64,000 nt of DNA from Eledone cirrhosa (taxonomy: Eukaryota). Both the position numbers and the translations under genes were made by a program. The notes beneath the pieces are model-generated. The model was not told where the DNA came from, made no database searches, and saw nothing but the letters and a program-made list of their open reading frames with translations. Within the stretch, counting starts at the first letter, position 1, and each line of letters starts with the position of its first letter. This document shows, one piece after another, positions 51,006-63,762 of this stretch. The stretch is taken from positions 339,946,001 through 340,010,000 of the forward strand of contig OZ024743.1 of assembly GCA_964016885.1 (NCBI GenBank), given 5' to 3'.

Positions 51006-51341
51006 CCTTACATACTTAAATATAAATACATGTGTATATACAAATGTATAAAAGCATAGCTATATACATATGTAAATGTATGTATGTATGTATGTAGATT
51101 TATATATATATATATAAATCTACATACATACATACATTTACGTATGTATTTAGCTATGCATTTATACATTTGTATATATACGTGCATTTATATTGAAGTG
51201 TGTAAGGATGTTGACATGATTATTTATGTTTTTTTTTGTGGGTACGGAGAAAATTCTGTCTCCAGATTTTATTACCTAGGGAGATTAAATACCACAGCTC
51301 TGGCTGAAAGCTGACCATATGCCCCCTGTTGAGAACCTTTG
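50064..51341. mobile_element. Non-autonomous hAT (Charlie-like) element
   Basis: Perfect 14-bp TIR caaaggttctcaac/gttgagaacctttg and perfect 8-bp TSD atctatat; interior rich in microsatellites, no transposase. Confidence 0.92.
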
Positions 51342-51407
51342 ATCTATATGTATCACATATCCATACCACCACAATCTTTTCTTTTCTATACTACATCTGA
51401 TTCCTTT

Positions 51408-51580
51408 TATATTCATATAGAAGAAAATCTATACCATTGTGAAATTTTGATAGATATTATATAAACAAGGTCATATTCACAGGGGAGTATAATCTCCGCA
51501 TTGTGATAGATGGGATGAGGAAATCTTTTCTACTAATAATTAATGGTCTTTTCATAAGCATTCACACTGTGAAAGTATTT
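51408..51580 (+). pseudogene. Decayed C2H2 finger remnants downstream of ZNF-3
   Basis: Translates as IHIEENLYHCEIL, then HIHRGV*SPHCDRW..FSTNN*WSFHKH; finger-like, with stops and frameshifts. Confidence 0.6.
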
Positions 51581-52034
51581 TCCTCTTTAAATGTTAATTA
51601 ATTCTGTATGAACTCTTCATTGTGTCAAGGGAACAATGACTTCTGTAGTGTTGGTGACATAATAAACACTACCCAGCACATTTTGTAAAGTGGCTGATGA
51701 TAGGAAGAGCATCCAGACATGACAACTTCCCTAGTGCTGGAGTCAAAATAAAATGCATCCATGCACTCTGTGGAATGTGGGAACATATACAAGGGAGAGC
51801 AGTGTCATTTATTTTCAAGAGGGAGTGCCAATAATTCTTTTCAGGATTAGAACTCAGAAGAAATACTGCAAAGCATCCTGTTTGGTGGCCTAATGATTCT
51901 ATTCATCCATGGTCCTAGATTGGTATTTTATTTATTGACTTTGCAAGGTTGAAAAGTAAAGTTGACCATGGCAGGATTTGAATACAAAACAAAGAGCCAA
52001 AAAAAAAATACTGCAAGGCATTTAATCCAGCAGT

Positions 52035-52280
52035 AATGATCAAAAGTATCCCAGCTACAGCCATCCTCTCCATTATTTAAACAAATATCCCAGACTACAT
52101 AATCCAATGTATCCTACATCTGTCCTTTTCCTGTTTTTTTTTTGTTGAGATACAGTGACTCTAAGATCTTATTATGCAATATGCTTTGCTTTTTATAAGA
52201 CAGTAGTGTGATCCGAGGGGTATTTGGTTGTTTTTCAAGCTTATTGAGCGACCACATGAAGGCTACCTTGTTGACTCATA
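52035..52280 (+). repeat. Dispersed repeat family D (unclassified)
   Basis: atgatcaaa..ccag..catcc..gactacat.atccaatgt..aagacagtag.gtgat..gaggg..tttgg.tg. Copies near 15240, 31800, 32730, 32900, 34260, 34680, 40280, 43620, 44010 and 44800. Confidence 0.7.
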
Positions 52281-52739
52281 TAACATTTGTAGTTTACTAT
52301 GCTGTCTTCATTATTTTGCATCATCAGGTGATAGCAATGATGTTCAATTATTGCAATAAATTCTTTTTATATTTCATAGTGTCTTCAACAATTACAATTT
52401 TTTCTTCAGTATGACAGCTGTCCACTTGATATCGAATGTGTGCATTCTCCGATTTTCGTTTGTCCATTTTATGACTCATGAACTTAAAGGTGACCCTCTC
52501 AAGCCCACCAATAAGTAACACAATTGCATATTGGGCAATGCTGCTCAGTTGTATTTACATGAATGATGCTAGATTTTTTTTTTACATTCTTGCAATTTTA
52601 CACATAAAACTATTGAGACCAGCTAACCACAGACAAACTCCACCACATACATTGCATATGTGTTGAATAGTATGCAAGGTCGAACAGCTTATTCTTTTCA
52701 AACAGAATGCTTCTAGGAAGCATACCAAATACAATTTTT

Positions 52740-53350
52740 TCAAATCTCTGTATTCCTATGGTGGTCTTGTATCATGCAAGACTAAAGAGTATCCATTAAG
52801 AGAGTAAATAGAAGAGAGCAATGACAGAAGACCCTGGTTAAAAGGAGTAAGAGTATAAATAAAACTGATTGGGATGAGGGTGGCAGAGCGACAGTAATGC
52901 CAGTTACATATTTGCTTGTGAAAGGGAGCACCAGTGATTAGAGGATAATAGAGATTGGTGATGGTAAGAAGAGTGGATGTCAGTAACAATTGGCCTCGGA
53001 GAGAAAGAGAGATGGCTTACAGCACAGAAAGAGTGATAGTAGAATGTATTGGGTACAAACTGATCCAATACAGTTCCAGAAAATAGGGTGGCAAGGTTTG
53101 TGGCTAAGAAAGGCATAGCACTCAGTCATCAGGTTGACTATCCTCCAAATATTGTTCCTTCTGACTTGTTTGAGAGCCAAGAGGACATTATACAGACTAT
53201 AACAACAAAGTTAAGAGCCATTTTGGAGGTGATTTGAACAGTGGAAGTATTGCTGGGGTAAGCCTGTGGAGGCACAAGCAGCCTACTTTAAAGAGGATTA
53301 GCAATTGAATCCTACATAGTATGTATCTCTCTGGCAGGGTCAATGCCACC
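52740..53350 (-). mobile_element. Heavily decayed I/Ingi-like LINE fragment
   Basis: RRNNI..L, LATL.FS and LITGA motifs spread across frames. Confidence 0.45.
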
Positions 53351-53469
53351 CCTTGTTACATAGGTAGCATGATACAGTGAACAGAAGAGGGTGATAGATG
53401 AGAAGGTATCAACATGGAAACTTATCAAGGACATAGACAAGAAACCCAAATGTAGATATATTATGCCTC

Positions 53470-54120
53470 CTAGTCTCAGGGATCAGTCCTCATTACTTTG
53501 TCTCGTCCTCCTGGGTCTCCTTCCAACCACTTTCAGTGCCCTACACTTTATGCAGCTGTTATTCTTCATACACATCTCATACTTGTGTCAGTGCAGTTTT
53601 CTCTTCTGCACACAACATCTGACTTTTTTTAATCCAGATTTTCTCTCAGCTCATTTAATTTTCCATGTACCATGTACCATGACATTTTGTGTACAAGTAT
53701 CAAACAATCTACCTTTCCCTCTGAGAGAAAAAACCCTGTTATCTGTAATAGCTACCTGAATGGTTTTCCACTTGTTCTTACTCTAGTCACTATGCTTTCA
53801 GAGCATTCATCACCAGTGCTAATTAGGTAACAAAAGCTATCAACTACTTCTAGGAGGCTTTATGAGCATTGGAAGGAATCTATTTCACACACTGTTGATT
53901 ATTTCTGTGCTTCTGCTGCACACAAACCTATCTTCTCCCTTAGCTACCTGTGATTCCACCCAACTCTTATATGTCCACATTTTACACCAAGTACACTATA
54001 GAATTTGTACTAACTCCTTTCTTGCATATCAAGCATGGCTATTTCTCTGATGGTAATAAGGTCCTTTTTCCTACTTACAAAAAATCTAGTTTTTGTCAAG
54101 TTTAATTTGAGGCCTCTTTG
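53470..54120 (-). mobile_element. Older fragment related to the 27-30 kb RTE family
   Basis: Reverse complement aligns with the 28880-29700 region (GFSL..KGRL, HG..TW). Confidence 0.7.
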
Positions 54121-55094
54121 TTCTGTGTTACTTCTTAAACGCCTCGGTTATGGCCTAGAAGATTATTATAAATTTGAGGCTGAAAACTGAATCTTGAAGG
54201 ACTCTTACATGCATGCTAAATTCGTTAGTGTAAAACTATGTTATTACAACTCCTTTATTTAGCACCTTTCAAAATCCCTAACACGCACGCGCACGCGATA
54301 TTTAACGCCCGTTTCCCCTGTTTTCCAAAACGTCAACGTATTCTGTTGATTGGAGGACAGCTGATCGTAACCGCAAGTTACTATCCAAGAAGCATCATGT
54401 ATATCTTATGCTATATATTACATTTTTAGTTTTACAGTTAATATGGGTGCTTAGTTTACAGATTATGCATTTCTTATCTATACAGGGAGGTCTTTGAAAA
54501 GGGTATGTATTGCTAATAAGTGTTTTTATGGAGGTACCTGGTCTTTCTACTATCTTAATAGAGGTCACAGAATGTGTGACGAAAGAACTTTGACAATATA
54601 TAAACAACCGTCCGGTTATGGAACCAACCAACCGGGAATTTATAAATTCTTAAATTTATAAATTAAATTTATAATAAATTGGAGTGAAAGCAACTGGTGC
54701 GTGTGTTTCTTCCCAAAGTATAACAATATCGGTTTCAACACACGTTTTCAGATAAAGAATCTTGCTAAAAAAATTCAGAAACGAGATATATATTCTATTA
54801 TACACATAGTCCATTCTGGACTTTAGATCTCTGCTGCCACAAAGAAATAGAAAGGTTAGCAAATTGTATAAGATATAAGAAGCAGCAGTGTGTCGTACAA
54901 TCTGATTCAGTCGAGTATGAATCATGCAATATTGCGTAAACACAAGAAACAAAAATTAAAGCAAAAAATAAAAACTCAAAATAAAAAACGCATCTCACAC
55001 AAGCACACATACACACACGAAGGAAAATAACTCTTGTCTCACACAACAAGAAAAATAAGAGTTATCTCCCATGGATCGTAAATCCACCAGTCTA

Positions 55095-55800
55095 GAAATA
55101 AATTAATGAAAAGACGGTGATCAGTGCAAAGAGGAAGCAGTCGGAGAAGCTCCGGTATTTACTCGTCTTTCTGTCCTCTACATAGCTAGTAGCCGTACTG
55201 GGCTTTGTGACCGAGGCGACTAAGCTGGAGGCGGAGAACGTGTCACAGCATGTCGTGTCCCAGATGAGGGATTTATCTCCTTCGAAAGGGAAGAAGGTAA
55301 TTCCGTCGGGGCGCTTACTGTCACCATGATCGAGGCCTACTGGCTCCAGTTGTAACAGGAAGCCGGTTGCATCGAGACTTCTCATTATGTTGTTGAGAGT
55401 GCGCTTTAGGCTCTGGCGGCATGATAATGCGTGCGGACCGAACTCATCGACGACAGCCCCACAACGGCATTTATGTAGCTCACACACGCGGCGGCCGAGG
55501 CGTTGGACTACTCGTTATCAAGAAGGGTACCGGTTGATGAAGATGGAACCAAATTGAGCCACGCGCTGCTGTTTGGCTGCGAGGCGGAACGGAGACGGGT
55601 GAAGCTCTGTTGGTCCAAGCCAAACTCGATCTACCTGAAGGTAGACCTGCACAACTGACCTCCTCCGTAAAATAGGAGCGATAGCAGTCAGTCTGAGGAA
55701 GGAGCCCCACGAGGTGGAATAGCTGTTGCAGAGTGTGTCACTACCCATTATCCGCAGGGCGCAGCCGAAACACCGCTCCGACCTAAGTGTAAAGTCTGTC
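55095..55800 (-). mobile_element. CRE-clade non-LTR retrotransposon fragment (CCHC knuckle plus restriction-like endonuclease)
   Basis: CRCG..HALSC, KRPDG, LIWDTTCCDTF, EDRKTSKY. Confidence 0.85.
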
Positions 55801-56469
55801 ACCCTGTCCTCTTCCTCCTTTTTCTTTTGTCTAGTAGTCTTTGCTCTTCTCCCTTTCCTCTCATTTATGGTATTTATAGTTCTTTCCAATACTGCTCTCC
55901 TTTTCTCTATGTTTATATAAGTTTCCCAATAAACTCAATCCCGTGCTGGTATATTTCATGATACCGTGAAAAAAAAGGTAAGGAAATATTTTTGATTTGT
56001 AAATATGATGTTGTGACACACACACGCACGCACGCACGCACGCATGTAATAACTCTTTCTAACATTAGGATAAGGCCAGCAATTTGGGGAAGGGGAAAGT
56101 CGATTATAGCGACCCCCAGCACTTAACTGGTACTTTATGTTTTCGACTCCAGAATGATGAAATGTAAAGTTGAGTTCAAGCCGTAAAGTCTTAAATGCTG
56201 CACACCATTTTCTCTGAGACTCTACGGATACTGCCAATTCACATATGATAAACATTTATGAACCACAGTATTGTTGGTTGCAGGTCTCTAACATGCCAAC
56301 TAGTAGTCCACTGCATATGTGACGACAAGGGCAACAAAGGCGTGTCTAACTCAATACAAGGAGCTTCAGTTGCAACCTGTTTTTCGGTTTTCAGATCATA
56401 CACACATAAACACATACGTAGTTTGTACAAAAAGTATCCGATCTTAGGCTGGCAGGAGATACGCACTTT

Positions 56470-57010
56470 GTAGGGTTCAATTGCTAATCATTTTCGAAGA
56501 AAATTGTTTGTCTACACACTTAGCCCAGCGACCCTTCCACTGTTCAAATCTCTGGAATGCTTTCTCCGAAATGACTCTCAGCTCCGCTGTCACAGTCCTC
56601 ATGATATCCTCCCGGCCCTCAAAGAAGTCAGAAGGAACCATATTTAATGTGTAGGGAACGTGGCGAATGAGCCTTTATCTGGCGGTTGCCACTTTTGCAA
56701 GGCCGATAAATCCGATCTCTTCCGCAGATCTGCTTCATGAAGATGTAGGAAGACTTCCTGTCACTACTTATTTGAAACTGTTTGTCCTTCTGGTGAGTAG
56801 TCAAAATAGTCAGCATTGCTTTGATTTTACTCTTCACCTGGGGTGCTTTTATGGGAATTGGCGACGTTGGATATATCCACCGTGGTAACTGAGCTTTGGT
56901 TTCTAAGTCGTACCCCAACATCCATGTTTAATTTGCAATTATCACAGTATTTAGGAAGTCAGAATTTTGTTGGTAGTATCGGGTGAAATAAAAACGCAGC
57001 AAGTAATACA
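56470..57010 (-). mobile_element. Mariner transposase relic
   Basis: WMLGYDLETKAQLPRW..SPIPIKA..KSKIKAMLT, a degenerate HSP..(YSPDL)-like segment with PSDFF, and RWAKCV; frameshifted. Confidence 0.8.
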
Positions 57011-58169
57011 GCACCTTACATGCTGACTGATTGACTGCGACTGAAACATCCAGCGAGCTCGCGATAAACCACGGAAACGCATGATTGTATGCGGGTTCAC
57101 TCTGCACTCTTTTGTCTCCATTCCTTCTATTTTTTCTTCCTTGACATTCACTCTTCTCTTCTATATTTCATCTCCTCTTTCATTTGCTCCCCCTTCTATT
57201 CTATTACTTGCATTTTTTGTATTCCGTCAGACCTAGTATATACGATGTGTTTTCGTACAGTTTTCGTCTACCAACTTCCAATACATCCGTGGCTATGATA
57301 GAATATACTCACCTAAAGCACCGAGAAGTGAAATCGAACTGGGAAACATGTTATTGCGAAACGAACTTTTTAAACCATTTCCAAAATTTAATGTATTCAT
57401 ACATACACTTTTGTATAAATCATATGGAGCTGATTTGTACAAGCTCGTGCATATTTCGTTTCTCGAACATTATGAAATCGTCCATGCTGGAACCCCATAC
57501 ATCACTTTTTATAAGACGGGGATCATACATCTTGTTCTTATCAAAAACACAAAACTTTCACTCGTTATCTATAGTCCATCACTTTTGTTTAAGTTTCACT
57601 CTGTATTCAAACTTCCCTGTCAAAGATAGTGTTTGATATATTTGTCGCTCGTATATATTTCGTTTCCTGTTCAGTACGTCAAGGTGGTACTTGCAGCTTA
57701 GTTGATTATGAATCTATATCGTACCAACTTAGAGCTAATTTACTGTACTTCACTATGGTACCTATTTACAGCTGGGTTGATTATATCTCACTATAGTATC
57801 TTACAGCTTAGTTGACTGTACGTGAATTTAATATATACTAAAGGCTTGTTACTAAAGGTGTATATCACTGTGGTATTTAATTACACCTTGTTGGACACAT
57901 TGTGACACATTCTTACAGTCAGGTGGATTCTACCTCACAGTGTAACCTAGGTGGATTGTACCACGTTTTGGCATCTTCTGATATTTCTGATGATTGTAAA
58001 AGACAGTAGTACTTACAGCTAGGTTGACTTACATCATTTGGCTATGTACTTTCAGCAGTTACAGATATATTTAGAGTTAGATGGATTGTATCTCCTTGTT
58101 TTACCTGGATTCTACTGTCGCACCTATTTACATGGACTGTACTTCCCTCTGGATACAATACGTATTTGT

Positions 58170-59020
58170 AATGTAGAGATGAATGCAAAGCTAGCAGTAA
58201 ATTCGGAGGTTTTCTCCTCGGGAGTACTGCTTACAAAATCATCACTGTTGTGGAGTGGAGGAAAGGTGGATTTCGTGATTTTGATAGATGAGATCCTTTA
58301 GGCAAGAGACTAGAAAGAATGGCCGCAGTTTTGGAGGCAAGAGAATTGCATAAAGGCAACTTCTTCCTTACGTAGGATGGCTCATAGGAGTTTTAAGCTG
58401 TGTTCTTTACTTGCTCTACTGCAGTACAACCACGATTGAACCAATTGGAGTATCTGAGGTCATGTGTTTTGGTTAAACGAGAGATTCATAGTGACATTCC
58501 TAAGTTGATGGTTTAAGTAACCTATGTAGCTAGCTCTGACGAGTGAAGAACATGCACTCCCAGGATTATTTATTATAAAACTGGTGAAGACTCGATAAGC
58601 TACGAAGGTGGATGGTTTGCGCAGGTTGTAGACGTGTGGTAAATGGCCGTAATGAAGTCATGGTCGGACGATCCAAACCTCGAATAAATGCAATGACAAT
58701 GATAATTTGGTTGTGGCGGAGATTAGAGGTAACAAATATATTTGAATTGTTTGTGTGTAGGTCAGGAATACGCGTATGAGAGGTTAGTAACTGTAGAGAA
58801 TTGAGGAGAGTGAAATGTTTGATTTTTGCATGATGTCGGTGTGGGAGAAATGAGTGCAAGAGCCAAGAAAACGAATGTTGTTATTGATTTCAGAAAGGAG
58901 TCAATCTTCGTTGCGGGACGAGAAATGGTCGAACAATTATTGGAAGAGTTTGGAATGCGGAAGATGGTGCAGATGATTTTAAAAGTGTGAGGAAAAGAGA
59001 CTTCGAGACAGAGTATTAGA
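58170..59020 (-). mobile_element. Decayed L2/CR1-like endonuclease fragment
   Basis: FRIPNS..IDS, LQLL..HTRIPD..IFVTS, SSDHDF. Confidence 0.6.
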
Positions 59021-59069
59021 AATCTTCTTCTTCTTCTTCTCGTCGTCGTCGTCGTCGTCCTCCTCCTCC

Positions 59070-59545
59070 TCAGAGGCCTTGCCACATTTGAGCTCTTTAA
59101 TTAGCTCTTGTGACCTCAGTCTCCGAGAGATTAGTCATTGTTCCCAGATGCACTTCATGAACATCAGAAGATGCTGTTGTGCTCGGGTTTAGGAAATCAG
59201 CAAAGTATTCTCTCTACCTCACAAACACCCACCTCTCCGAACAGAGGAGAACGCCAGACGCATTCCTGATAGCAAGAGGATATCGTATTACGAAATCGGC
59301 GGATGGTCTGCCAGAACACTTTATTTGCTGATCTGAAGTCGGATTCCAGCTTAACCCCAAAGTATCGTCCTTCGCGTTGGTTAACAAGGGACGCGATCAG
59401 GCATTAGGTTGAGAGGCCTGTTCGAAAAATATATTGCAGTCTCCATTTCATGCCGTAAAAACTGGCGATGTGCCTGCGATCTGTCCTGGTAGGCGTGGGA
59501 TGGACGTACTAAAATTTCGTGTCCCGAGACCCGCAAAGAGGGTTC
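59070..59545 (-). mobile_element. LINE ORF2 EN-RT linker fragment
   Basis: R*REYFADFLNP..EV..LIKELKCGKAS. Confidence 0.65.
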
Positions 59546-60089
59546 GGAAGGGAGCAATTGAAATATTTCAAAGTAAAAATAACTAAATATAATTATTCTC
59601 AAATTGATATTATGTGAAATACCACTGCAGCTTTTATATTGTGTTTGAATAGATAATATTTTTTATTAACAATTTTAACAGTAGCATCAGGTGGTCTTTA
59701 TGTTGGACATGGTTTTGAAAAACATCCATATGTTAAGTAGTCAACCCCGGAAAAATCATAAGTTTATTACTTTCATATGTTATTGTCATTGAAAATCTTC
59801 ATGGAGTCAAAACCGAACATTTTATTGAATATATACATTTAAGCCCCACAGTGTCCTTTAAATGCACTTTTTTTTTTTTTTTTAATTATCCGAATTCTTC
59901 CTGTAAGCATGGGGTGGGTTTCATCATTAAAATTGGAATAAGAAAAATAGTATCATATGTTGAACTTTAGAAAAGTTTTACATATTTTTTGCATAATGGG
60001 ACATTACAAGACGTGACAGCGGGAGTTTTACATAAAAATAACTTTAACATTAATAAATAACAATAAACTATATATAATAAAATAACAAT

Positions 60090-60290
60090 TGAAATCCCTA
60101 GTAGGGGGAACGTTACTGCAGGGTTGTTTTACACCCCGTGGATAGAACAACCCTCAACACCAGGAACACGTTTTGTAGGCGTTCCTGTCTTCCCTCTGTT
60201 TGTCTTCTTCAACCTACAGGTTTATATACAGAGAAGGCCCATTCACTCGGGCCATTTTTGCCACATTCACCCACCTTTCAGCGAATTTAG
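60090..60290 (-). mobile_element. Extreme 3' end of a related Tx1/L1 element
   Basis: SKFAERWVNVAKMARVNGPSLYINL* parallels FVERWVKETRM at 40.6 kb; small hairpin in the 3' UTR. Confidence 0.55.
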
Positions 60291-61519
60291 ATAGATATAG
60301 ATAGATAGACGAATAGATGGATGGATACATATAGATAGATAGATAGATTGATTGATGGATATATAAATAGAGATATAGAATAAAAAAGATAGATAAAAAG
60401 ATAGGTAGATATATACATAGATAGATAAGGATGTTGATATTTTTCTTCTTCTTCAGTATGCACTTTAATCTAAGTGTAATATACATTATTGCGGAATTTT
60501 TACCTAGATTTACTCTCTCTGTAGCATCAATTTAAATATAAGTTAGCTTAATCGCATATCGATCGATTGACTGTGCCTTCTCGAGGTATCTAGTCACATC
60601 TAGGGGAAATGTTGTACCTACTTGCAGTAGATCGACTGTACTTCACTGTTTTACTCATGTAGAGCTAAAAGAAAACTACTTGAAGGTGGTACGTACTTAT
60701 AACAGGGGACTATTGTACTTATTGTGATATTTACTTACATATAAGTGGAATGTTTCTAATTTTGGTATCCTCATATATTTACATACTGAAATTCACTGCG
60801 GTTCTTACACCTTGGTGTAGAGAGCCTCAGTGTAACACACACATACGGCTAGGGTGATTTTATCTCAATTGTGGAGTCACAGGGGCATTGTAGTGACATA
60901 CGGAGTTTCTTGGGTATGTTAAACCTGACGGAGCCCATCTCCTCTCTAGGTTTCAACACAGCCGTTTTCTTCTAAAGAAGGAGAGAGGGTTATAGTACTT
61001 TATCGACATCGAAAGGATGAAAGGCAAAGTTGACCTCGGAGGGATTTGAATTCAGAAAGTGTAGAGAACATGGACAGACATCGCAAAGTATGCTTTCTGA
61101 CGTTCTAACGGGCCTCCCGTCTCACATCTCATGAACATAATTATAGCTAGTTTGATTGATTTTATTGTGGTATTTATTCTTGGTGGACTGTCTCACGCCC
61201 AGGATTTTATTTACAGGGGGTTGGATTGTATACCAACATGGTACATATATCCCTTATTTCTAGGAGGAACGAAGCTCATTCTGCCACTTATGCACATCTA
61301 ATTCGACCCTAGCACATTGTTATAACTACACACAGTTAAGTTTATTATATCTCAATGTGGTACCTGGTTACAGCTTGGTAGTCTGTAATTCATTGTGGTG
61401 CTTATTCATTCTGTTCGGATTTTACTTGAATTTGGTCCAGGTGAACAGAACTTCATTGTAGTACATACAACATACAGATTGTTGGGGTGTACTCAATATT
61501 TATACCTATATTTATGAAA

Positions 61520-61706
61520 CTGAACCCAGCGGCAGACCCCGAGCAAGATGGTTGGATAACATCCATGAGCTTAGCTAGTCACGCTTGGCGATCCAGTCGG
61601 ATCAGCTAGAGACGGTTGCTTCCGACAGGACCCGCTGGAAGGAGTGTTTGAGGACTCTGCCCCCCCCCACCCTCTCAGGAATATGTGGGCGAAGAAGAAG
61701 AAGAAG
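61520..61706 (+). mobile_element. 3' end of the same RTE-like family with a (GAA)n tail
   Basis: GRPRARWLDNIH; near match to 16210-16354. Confidence 0.8.
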
Positions 61707-62679
61707 TTCTCTACGGTACCTAATTACAACTATCTAGCATGTACTTCATTATGGTATTTACTTAGATGCAAATGAAGGTTGTTCCACACGGTAATATCTA
61801 CTTAAAATTAAATGGACTTATCTAACAACTTACAACTAGATGTAATGTACTTCACATTGGGAGCGATTTGCAGCTGGATTAACTCTATATTTCTCTGGTA
61901 TCTACTTACATCAATGAAATGTGTCTCACTGGTTTTATTACCGCTAGGTTTATTGTACTTCATTGTACTTCATTGATCGAGCTTGTAAGAGGAAAAAACC
62001 CAGTCGTCTCTGGCGTAAAACAAAATAAATCTTATGGAATTAAATACTGCAATAAATCTTTGTTTGACGCACAGATTTAATTCGGCCATTCCACACTGAC
62101 ACAACGCACTTGAACTTACGCGTGCACTCACACATGCCCATATACAGACACACACTCATACACACACATACACTCACATACATACACACATACACACACA
62201 GACACACATAGACACAAACAAACAAACGCAAACTCAGACACACTTATAAAATATGTGTGCATCTGATGGACTTTCGTATAGTTTCAATCATCCTAACATT
62301 CTTCTCTTCGTCAACTCGTGGCTGAATTTGAAAACAGTTGTCTAGGGTGTTGATCAGTGGGATAGAAGCCGGAATCATAACGAAGTCCTTCATCGACGAT
62401 AACGATAGATCTACCTCTGTTTTAACGAAGAGTGTTCCAGTTATTTGAATTACGGAATAGTCTGCTCATGAAATTAACGTGTATGTGGCTGAACATTCCA
62501 CAGAAACGTCTGTTCTTAAGATAATTCTCAGGGAGATTCAGTGTGATACAGTATATGACAAGGGTGATTCTTTGAATTTACGGGCACACTTCATACAGTG
62601 GGCTTCGAAACAGTTTCCCTCTACCCAATTTCACTCACAAAGCACGGGTCGACTTAAGGCTATGGTAATTATGATTTAA

Positions 62680-63040
62680 GACTTATGACTGGCAAGCGGC
62701 TCAGCGACCGTATCTGTATCAATGAGCTGCTCAACATTACCAAACTTAGATCAATTACATCAATTGTCAAGTCAAGAGTACTCAAACTATACAGCGATAT
62801 AAAAAGATCAACTCGTGGTGTGAGTAGGTTATGCCTGGAAGGAAAGTTGGCTGATAAGAAAAGCAGAGGCCGGCAGCCAAAAAGATGGCTTGACAATGTC
62901 TGGACTTGACTTGATCTTTGTCATGGACTGGACTTGATCTTTGCTCTTTCAACCCTGCAGCTTGTGATCGAACTTTGTGGAGAAAGATATCACATGTTAA
63001 TGCGCAGTCTGCAACTGGCGGAGTTTAGCGTCACAAGAGA
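62680..63040 (+). mobile_element. RTE-like LINE 3' fragment
   Basis: DRICINELL..CLEGKLADKKSRGRQPKRWLDNV. Confidence 0.75.
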
Positions 63041-63668
63041 AATATGATTTATCCAAGATGTCACGCAGTGAGATCGAACTTGGGATCTAATGACTGCAAA
63101 GCAAACCTTTTAACCATTCGGCTTTGCTATGTCCACACTTATTAATCACCGTTATACATGTGCCCATTGTAACATATGAGAAAGTATATTTGAATTCTTT
63201 GGATATTAAAAAAAAAGATATAGAAGTTTGAATAATAAACTTAGGTTTCAGTGGCTGAGAAGAAAAATGCTAATAGTTTCAAATTTATATTGAATGTTTA
63301 GAGCAAACATATCTATTCTAAACATTATAAACGTTGGTTTGGAATAGAAACGACAAACACGCACACTCTCTCTACCACTTCTGTCTCAAATTTTCTGCTT
63401 GTAACATATAAAATAATCACTTTATGTAAAAAAATATTGGCAGTTAATTTATTCATAAATATTTATTTTAATCAATATTATACGCGACTTGCCCGAAACC
63501 TTTCTTATGCAAAAACGTAATAATAATTATAATGAAAAGAAAAACTTTTTTAAAGGAAAATAAACACGACGTTAAAACTGAAAGTAAATAGAAATTTGAA
63601 GTCTTTAGGTCCACACACAAGTCTTTATATTTGGATATGATGATTTAACTTCTAATAAATATATCATG

Positions 63669-63671
<3 letters not shown>

Positions 63672-63726
<55 letters not shown>

Positions 63727-63762
63727 CTCTCTCTCTCGCACACATGTACATATATATATATA
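63672..63762 (+). repeat. (CA)n/(CT)n/(TA)n microsatellite; one of many (also 11335, 38465, 50900, 60290)
   Basis: Direct reading. Confidence 0.95.

Larger units (their letters stand above)
57680..61975 (+). repeat. Degenerate ~38-bp minisatellite interrupted by TE insertions
   Basis: Approximate consensus cactgtggtacctacttacagctaggttgattgtactt, in blocks 57680-58160, 60490-60900, 61140-61500 and 61710-61975. Confidence 0.75.

Noticed and set aside
50424-51314. ORFs inside the hAT element
   Set aside because: Microsatellite translations (YIYI, CVCV); no transposase motifs.
58530-58610. Hammerhead-like ctgacga...gata
   Set aside because: No proper stem II and no GAAA; lies inside a LINE relic.
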